NCBI GenBank assembly: GCA_951406725.2
Contig: OX597842.1
Span: 3,720,001 to 3,784,000, forward strand
Direction of reading: 5' to 3'
DNA: 64,000 nt
DNA from: Octopus vulgaris
Taxonomy: Eukaryota
A program made the position numbers and the translations under genes. Each line of letters opens with the position of its first letter. Within the stretch, counting starts at the first letter, position 1. Positions 56,448 to 64,000 of this stretch are shown one piece after another. A model generated the notes under the pieces. It made no database searches, was not told the origin of the DNA, and saw only the letters and a program-made list of their open reading frames with translations.

Positions 56448-57510
56448 TTAGAGGCTAGGGAATGTGTGCGCCAGGGGGCGTACCCAAACATCTGAGGACT
56501 AGTGTGAAGTGACAGTCATCTTCACCTTGTTTTTGATGTTTGTGGGGGATATTTTATGCACCTTTGACTTCTTAAACACCCAATGTAACATGCTGGTTGG
56601 TAGCATAACATAGTCACAAGGTGTCCGGTAGTGTTCCTCTACCCGGATGAATTCTTAACCAGGCCATTTCAGGACAGAAAACCTGGGGGTTCCAACCAGA
56701 AATATCTTCACTTCTTTACTCTCCAGAGATTCACACAGGATATTTTATTTTAATAAACAATTGTGTGAGTGTAAAGAGAATGCGACATTAAATCTCTCTA
56801 TATATAAAGTCTGAAATAAGACAATACTTAATATAAGTAATAACATCTGTATATTTTTATATAAAGCTGAAGTTGTCTGTGTATGACAGGTTTGGTAGAC
56901 TTCAACTAACACTATCTCCTCCGAGACCCTGTGGCGTAAGTTGACCAAAATTGAGAATATGATAGAAGAAGGCTTGCTCTTTCTTCCCTAGCAGAAAAAA
57001 TTCATATCGGACCATGTTAACACCAAAAATTATTTACATCAAGAAGGTGCTTTTTTTCTATGAAAATCCCTATTTTTTACGATTGTTTTACTGTTGTGTC
57101 GCCATTTTTCGGTGTATTTCAACCAGAAAAATGTTCACTTAAAGAGAATAACAAGCTACATACTTTTCAAAAGTTCCAATTCTAAAGAGTCGAAACAAAC
57201 CCGAGCAACGCCGGGCGATACTTCTAGTAGGAATAAAAATGATGAACACGAAATAAAGCTTACGTGCCATATAGTCACAGGTATGTCAAGAAAGTATGGC
57301 GATAAAACTTAATAAAGCATATATGTTTTGTTATTGAAATGAGTGATGATATTTTCTAGATATTTCTACAATGAAGTATAATAGTTTCTCCATTATTTAT
57401 TCAATAAACTTCATGCATGTATAAACAGAGTTGCAAACACGAATTCCCAACCCCGTTTCATTGCAGGTGTGTATATGTACCCGGTCGAGTTCACAAGGGT
57501 TTATATGTAT
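56448..57510 (+). repeat. Inverted segmental duplicate, copy 2
   Basis: Reverse complement of 25040-25861, interrupted by a Helitron and ending at (TA)n at 56448. Confidence 0.92.
56793..57227 (+). mobile_element. Non-autonomous Helitron
   Basis: A|TC ... CCCGAGCAACGCCGGG CGATACTT CTAG|T. The paralogue at about 25501-25522 shows the empty site with no TSD. Confidence 0.9.
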
Positions 57511-57545
57511 TTAATTGACACTCGTTTTCTCTCTCTGACTCTCTT

Positions 57546-57694
<149 letters not shown>

Positions 57695-57959
57695 CTCTAT
57701 CTATCTATCTCTCCGTTTACTCACTGTGTCAATTATACAGATTTATATACATATAAACATACAGACAATATACATAAGTAGGTGTGTTTACGCGTATGTG
57801 TATGCGTGTGTGTGTGTGTGTCTGTGTGTCCGCGTGTATTTTCGAAATAAATGCTAATGTAGACATAACTTCTTGTATTTACATACAGAGGTCATTCCCT
57901 GTCTGTAGGATAACTTTTCCTCTATACAAAAGTAATATATGTGTGTGTTTCTGCTTGTA

Positions 57960-58148
57960 CCTCTCCATCGCTTGACAACTGATGTTAGTGTGTTTACGTC
58001 CCCGTAACCAAGCGGTTCGGCAAAAGAAACCGACAGAATAAGTACTAGGCTTACAAAGAATAAGTCCTGGGGTCGATTTGTTTGACTAAAGACAGTGCTC
58101 CAGCATGGTCACAGGCAAATGACTGAAACAAGTAAAAGAATAAAAGAA
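57960..58148 (+). mobile_element. SINE family A, 3' half
   Basis: Family A tail. Confidence 0.88.
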
Positions 58149-58180
58149 TATATATACACACACAGACTACACACACAGAG

Positions 58181-58219
<39 letters not shown>

Positions 58220-58391
58220 TACATACATACAGATATATACATAGGCACAAACAGTCATAGAAACACATGCACAATAGGTTTCTGTACAAATTCCACCTAA
58301 AATTTAATGTGCGTGTGTATATATATATACATATACATGCATATATATATATATATCTATCTATACATACATACATACATACATACATACA

Positions 58392-58441
<50 letters not shown>

Positions 58442-58443
58442 CA

Positions 58444-58680
58444 TTTTTTTTCTTGTTTCAGCTCAGAGCTACGGCCATTTTGTGCTACACTGTTATTATT
58501 AAGAGACTCCTCTAATATGTGGCACTTGTTGAAGAATGGAGTTTGATATAGCTACCCTCACTTGCACCTCTTGCCGTGAGGTAGCTTCATCTGGGACTCT
58601 CGCCAGGAAGATGTCCAGCTTTGATTTAAAAACCGCTACATCTACTTTGTGCAAGTTCCTCAGACTCTTTGGGAGAATAT
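58444..58680 (-). mobile_element. CR1/L2-group LINE 3' end, divergent family
   Basis: [31 protein letters not shown]...SNSI, then a short UTR and an A-tail. Confidence 0.82.
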
Positions 58681-58748
58681 ATATATATATATTATTTATA
58701 TGTATATGTGTGTATATGTAAGTGCACTTCTGTGGGTATGTATATGTG

Positions 58749-58839
<91 letters not shown>

Positions 58840-58851
58840 TATGTGTATATA

Positions 58852-58893
<42 letters not shown>

Positions 58894-58919
58894 GTGTGTA
58901 TTTATATATGTGTATATAT

Positions 58920-58968
<49 letters not shown>

Positions 58969-58974
<6 letters not shown>

Positions 58975-59662
58975 GCAATGGGTAAATAATCGCCATGTTA
59001 TATTTTTTAATTTTGCACATGCGCATTGCTTGTTTTCGATTTTGTCGACTACACACTATAGTAGGATCAGTTGGGCACCGTTTGTGAAGAAAACAGTACC
59101 ATGACGCTATTCACTCTGTCAGAAATTTGGAAGCGACATGCTGTAGTGCTTGGCATTCGCGCCGTAACTCCAATACTAACATTTCAGAGTGTTTGGGTGT
59201 CAATCTAAGGATAGTGCAGAGGATTCGGAAAGAGTTAGATGAGTCTGATGGCGATTAGGAAGGTGTTTGGATTGATCACTAATGATGGCGACGTTGTGCC
59301 TCCATTCATCTTGACACTCAGACAACTCGGAGGCCTACATCAGCGGCCTGGAGGAGATAACGCTGCCCTGGGTCTAGAGGGTGGCTACTTGAAGACCTTA
59401 TGCCTGGCAACAGAAGAACCCAGTCATGGCTGTCAGACAATTTCTGCAATCCATATTACCCCTAATATCTGGCCACCAAACTCCCCAGATTGTGACCCCT
59501 CAATTATTATCTGTGAGGCTCAGATGAACGAGAGACCAAGAAAATTCCTTATAACACTGAAAGCAAGTGTTATGGTAGCATTCACCAACTTAAACAAGGA
59601 GACCATTCAGAAGAGTTGCAGGAGATTCTGAAATCGTCTGGAAGCTGTGGTTGAAACCAATG
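58969..59662 (+). mobile_element. Tc1/mariner-superfamily remnant (DD37D/maT-like)
   Basis: HTH-like NISECLGVNLRIVQRIRK, VFGLITNDGDVVPPFI, WPPNSPDC.P. Starts at a TA tract. Confidence 0.78.
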
Positions 59663-59709
59663 GCAAGCTACTTACCACACAGCCACTCCTACGCCTATAT
59701 ATACATACA

Positions 59710-59759
<50 letters not shown>

Positions 59760-60119
59760 CATGTGGATATATTCTTACACACACACAACGCACTCATGAC
59801 AAACTTCCGCATAGTTTCTGTCAACAAAATTCCGTCCACAACGTACACGATAGGGAAGAAAATTCGCCCCTTTGCCACAAACACGATGGAATCGAAACCG
59901 GATCCATGGGTTCGAGTTCACCCACCAAACTTCTTAACCAACTTCTCGTGCGTCACCTTCGATCATTGATCTACCGCTTTACGGCTGACCTGGGGTTAAA
60001 CGCCAGCAACAAAAAACCATTATTGATCAAAAAGAAGGGAGTTGGGGGCCTTGAAATCCCTGTTGAGTCAAGATAGAAAATTTAGGGAAATATGTGGGAT
60101 GGAGATAAGTTAGGGGGTA

Positions 60120-61520
60120 GGGTTTAGAGATTGGAGGGCTGGTGATGTGAGGAGGGGTCATGTGCTAGTAATAGTGGTGGTGTAGAGGTGTTGGCGTAGT
60201 AGTTATGGTAGTGGTGGTGATTGTGGTGTGGTGGTGGTGGTGGTGGTGGTGGTAGTGGCGGCGGTTTTGGTGTTGATAGTGGTGATTCAACAATCACCAA
60301 TTGTGGTGGTGGTGGTGGTGGTGACAGTGATGGTGGTTGCTGTGGTGGTGGTGGTGACAGTGATGGTTGTTGCTGCGGCGATGGCGGTGATGAGTGATAG
60401 TAGTGGTGGTGGTGGTAGTAGTCGTAGTTGTGGTGGTAGTAGTCCCGACAATAATGGTGACGGCGGCAGTGGTGGTGGTGGTGGTGGTGGCGGTGGTGAT
60501 GGTGGTGGTAGTGGTGGTGGTGGTGGTGACAGTGGTGGTGGTTGCTGCGGCGATGGCGGTGATGTGGTGGTGGCAGTAGTCGTAGTTGTAGTGGTAGTAG
60601 TCTCGACAATAATGGTGACGGCGGCAGTGGTGGTGGTGGTGGTGGCGGCGGTGGTGGTGGTGGTGGTGGTGGTGGTGGTGGTGGTGGATGGCTGGTGGTG
60701 TTGCTACGTGGCAATGGGTAGTAGTAACAGGTGGCGTGTGACTGGAGTGAGGCGGTGGTGGGTGGGGGGGGGGGATGGTCCAATTAAAATCGAAATGGTA
60801 ATTAAGGATCAGAAAGTTGAATTAAGTCTCGAACCGTTGACGTGTTCCTTACAAAGAATTCACCGCACAACATAACAACCACCACCTCTACACTATCTCC
60901 CACACCATACCAAGCCACCCGTCAACTACCACTTAAACATTACCATGACGTCATACCGTTTTACTGCAGCCCAAACTGCCCATTACACAGTAGCCGCTGC
61001 ACTACCTCCTTCACCACAACATGAAAACACCTGACCGCAACTGCCACTTCAACCACCCCTACTACCACCACCAAGACAACAATGACACACCACCACGACT
61101 ACCGCCTCCATAACCATAACCACACCGTCATTATTGCCTATACCACATGACAACACCTTACTGCAACTGACACCACTACCACCACCACCACCACCACCAA
61201 AACGACACCACCACTTCTACCATAACCACACCGTCACTATGGCCACATGATAACCACTGACACCATCACTACCATTACCGCCAACACCACACCACCATCA
61301 AACCACCACCACTATAACTACCACTACCGCCAACACCACACCACCATCAAACCACCACCACTATAACTACCACTACCGCCAACACCACACCACCATCAAA
61401 CCACCACCACTATAACTACCACTACCGCCAACACCACACCACCACTATAACTACTACTACGCCAACACCGCCTCATTACACTACTGCTATCACTTACACC
61501 ACCACTACTACCAACACAAC
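60120..61520. repeat. (GGT)n tract, about 90-bp unique core, then (ACC)n tract; includes a 49-bp minisatellite at 61272-61460
   Basis: Direct reading. Unit CCACTACCGCCAACACCACACCACCATCAAACCACCACCACTATAACTA, about 3.5 copies. Confidence 0.92.
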
Positions 61521-62234
61521 GACCAACGGGGTGGGTGGGACATCGACCAAATTGCTCAGTTTGCTAGAAATAGCAAACACGTGTCCCTCAAACCACACTA
61601 TCACCAACATCATCCTCAGCAGCAGCATTGTCACCGCCATCATCATCGTCATCGTCATCGTTTAACGTCCACTTTTCATTGCTGGCATGGATCAGACGGA
61701 ATTTGATGTGGTGCATTCTCTACAGTTGGATGTCTTTCCTGTCACCAACCTTCACCTGTTTCCAAGCAAGATGATGTTTACCCATCCACAAAGTACCAGT
61801 GGCGCACGGAGGTCCATATAATCAACCCCATCCCCTGAAATTGTTGGCCTTGTATCAATATTCGAAACCATTGAAATGTGGTGATCTTGCAGAATGTTAA
61901 CACATCGGATAAAATGCTTAATGACGTGTTGTCCGAGTCTTGAAGCGTATTTTCCATACGATTGCGTTCTGGGTTCCAATTCAGTTACGGGTTTTACGGA
62001 AGACTGAAAACGAACAACATCGCTCGTATGACGGTGATGTTCGTTTACAACCACCACATGACACCAAGGCAAGGGCACGCACAAACACACAAACACACAC
62101 ACAAAGGTATGTATAAATATAGACGACGGGCTTCAGTGCAGTTTTCGTCGACCAATTCCACTCACAAGGCTTCGGTCGACCCAAGACTATAGCAGAAGAA
62201 TGATAAAGAAAGTGGTTTCAGTAACGTAGTTAGT

Positions 62235-62770
62235 TGTCTTTCTTCTTGTCTTGAGACAGCATTCACCCGGGGTGGGTTCAGCTGGCTTCATTCATCCTCA
62301 ATGCTGCATCTCTCACAAACGCCGACCAGGCCTGGCGATTTGAGGCTAACGACCGCGTGATCTCCAACCACTCCTTATTCCAGCAGCGAACGCCATAGAT
62401 ATGGGGGTCTAGGTTTGGTTCCAGATCAACCTTGACTGTCATCAGCCAGGTTTTTCGCTGTCCACCACATCGCTTTCGCCAACCCTAAAGGGGAGCTGGG
62501 GCAATTGCTTCGTAGATGAATTCTCCTGGTTGACGACGGAGGGCATGACCCAGTCAACGCAAACGTCTCGTTAGGATGACTTGTCGGAGGAAGGTGATTC
62601 TGCACTGGTGTCGCACTGAACTGTTGGAGACAAAGTGATGCCATCGGACACGAAGGATGCGGCGTAGACAGAGGAGATCGAATGTTTCTAGTCGCTTAAT
62701 ATTTTCCACATTCATCGGCTATGACTCGCTGCTATAAAGGAGAATCATTCGCACTAGTGCTTCTAAAGCG
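62235..62770 (-). mobile_element. RTE-clade LINE 3' end
   Basis: ETFDLLCLRRILRVRW, LGHALRR, GWRKRCGGQRKTW, LASNRQAWSAFVRD, short CAAGA-type tail. Confidence 0.88.
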
Positions 62771-62844
62771 ACACGGAAGTTATTTGCCGTGTGGGTAAAA
62801 ATACCAAGGTAAGCCAAATATTATATACACTTGTTTCTGTGATT

Positions 62845-63170
62845 TATTCAAACAAAAGGATGGGTTGAACAATTACATCATTTTTCGATATAGTCTCCTT
62901 GTTTTTCGATTCACTTCCAGCGGTCCAGAAGTTAGCTTGTTCCATCAGAGAAGGTGTACGACTGATCGCGCAGCCATTTGTACATCGCTTCCTGCGCTTC
63001 TTCGTCCATAACAAATTGACAGCCCCGTAAAAGGTGTTTGAGCGGTCCAAAAAGGTGGTAGTCGTGAGGAAGGAAATCTGAGCTATAGGCAGTGTCGCAG
63101 CAACTCGAAACCCAATTTTTCAATAGTTTCAACAGCGTGGAAGGCTTTATGTGGGTGTGCATTGTCGCGT
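62845..63170 (-). mobile_element. mariner transposase C-terminal remnant
   Basis: AYSSDFLPHDYHLFGPLKHLLRG..F..DEE.QEA...WLRDQ (the YSPDLAP.DYHLF motif). Confidence 0.85.
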
Positions 63171-63174
63171 ATCT

Positions 63175-63406
63175 CTTTTACTCTTTATACTTGTTTCAGT
63201 CATTTGACTATGGCTATGCTGGAGCACCACCTTTAGTCGAGCAAATCGAACCCAGGATTTATTCTTTGTAAGCCTAGTACTGATTCTATCGGTCTCTTTT
63301 GCCGAATCGCTTATTTACGGGGACGTAAACACACCAGCACCGGTTGTCAAGTGATGTTGGAGGGACAAACACACACACACAAACACACACACACACAAAC
63401 ACACAA

Positions 63407-63475
<69 letters not shown>

Positions 63476-63645
63476 TATATACAACGGGCTTCTTTCAGTT
63501 TCCGTCTACGAAATCCACTCACAAGGCTTTGGTCGGCCTGAGGCTATAGTAGAAGACACTTGTCCAAGGTTCCATGCAGTGGGACTGAACCCGGAACCAT
63601 GTGGCTGGTAAGCAAGCTACTTACCACACAGCCACTCCTACGCCT
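63175..63645 (-). mobile_element. SINE family A, full length
   Basis: Complete head, body and tail. Confidence 0.92.
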
Positions 63646-64000
63646 AATACTTCTTTGACAACAAACTACTGAGCAAGTCACCATTGAGCAGATATGTCCC
63701 GGGTTTGAAGCAGGTGGATACTTATGCTAATTAACTCATATCTGGGGCCCTGCTAAGGGTCAGAGTATACATGGGAACAAGACTGGCTAAGAGATGGTTC
63801 CTCACTCTTCAAATCCCTGGAACTTCCATACCGAGGCCCCAATACCGGATGCAATTTGACGTGTTACCCAGGACAGTCATGATCAGAATTTCAGTAGGAA
63901 GTTCAGGTTCACATCTGGTCCCTGATCATATCCATACTCTGCATACTCACTTTGGGACAGTGTGATCCGTAGGGGTTCGTTTTGCTGCCGATTGTCGACC

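Noticed and set aside
56485-56542. CTGAGGA inside a stem as a hammerhead core
   Set aside because: No GAAA or NUH in the required positions, and it is better read as a simple long hairpin.

Overview
This is AT-rich, repeat-saturated animal genomic DNA. The tRNA-derived SINE families and the microsatellite load point to an octopod cephalopod (inference). I recognise no intact host protein-coding gene, and almost every ORF in the track is a microsatellite artefact. Contents: about 25 copies or fragments of one dominant SINE, at least three other SINE families, decayed non-LTR retrotransposons (CR1/L2-group, L1/Tx1, R4/Dong, RTE), Tc1/mariner and pogo remnants, three non-autonomous Helitrons, and a SINE-derived satellite of about 120 bp. 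Two signals stand out. (1) About 15 minimal type I hammerhead-ribozyme motifs from many unrelated families, three with a full catalytic core. Many sit in ORF-less elements with Penelope/retrozyme-like direct and inverted repeats, usually inside or beside (TA)n tracts. They include one tRNA-headed SINE with a hammerhead-type tail and one non-canonical-core variant. (2) A 263-bp block is duplicated in inverted orientation 31 kb apart with about 1 mismatch, inside otherwise diverged flanks, and folds into a strand-specific multi-helix RNA structure. All alignments and folds were done by eye, and edges of degraded repeats are approximate.
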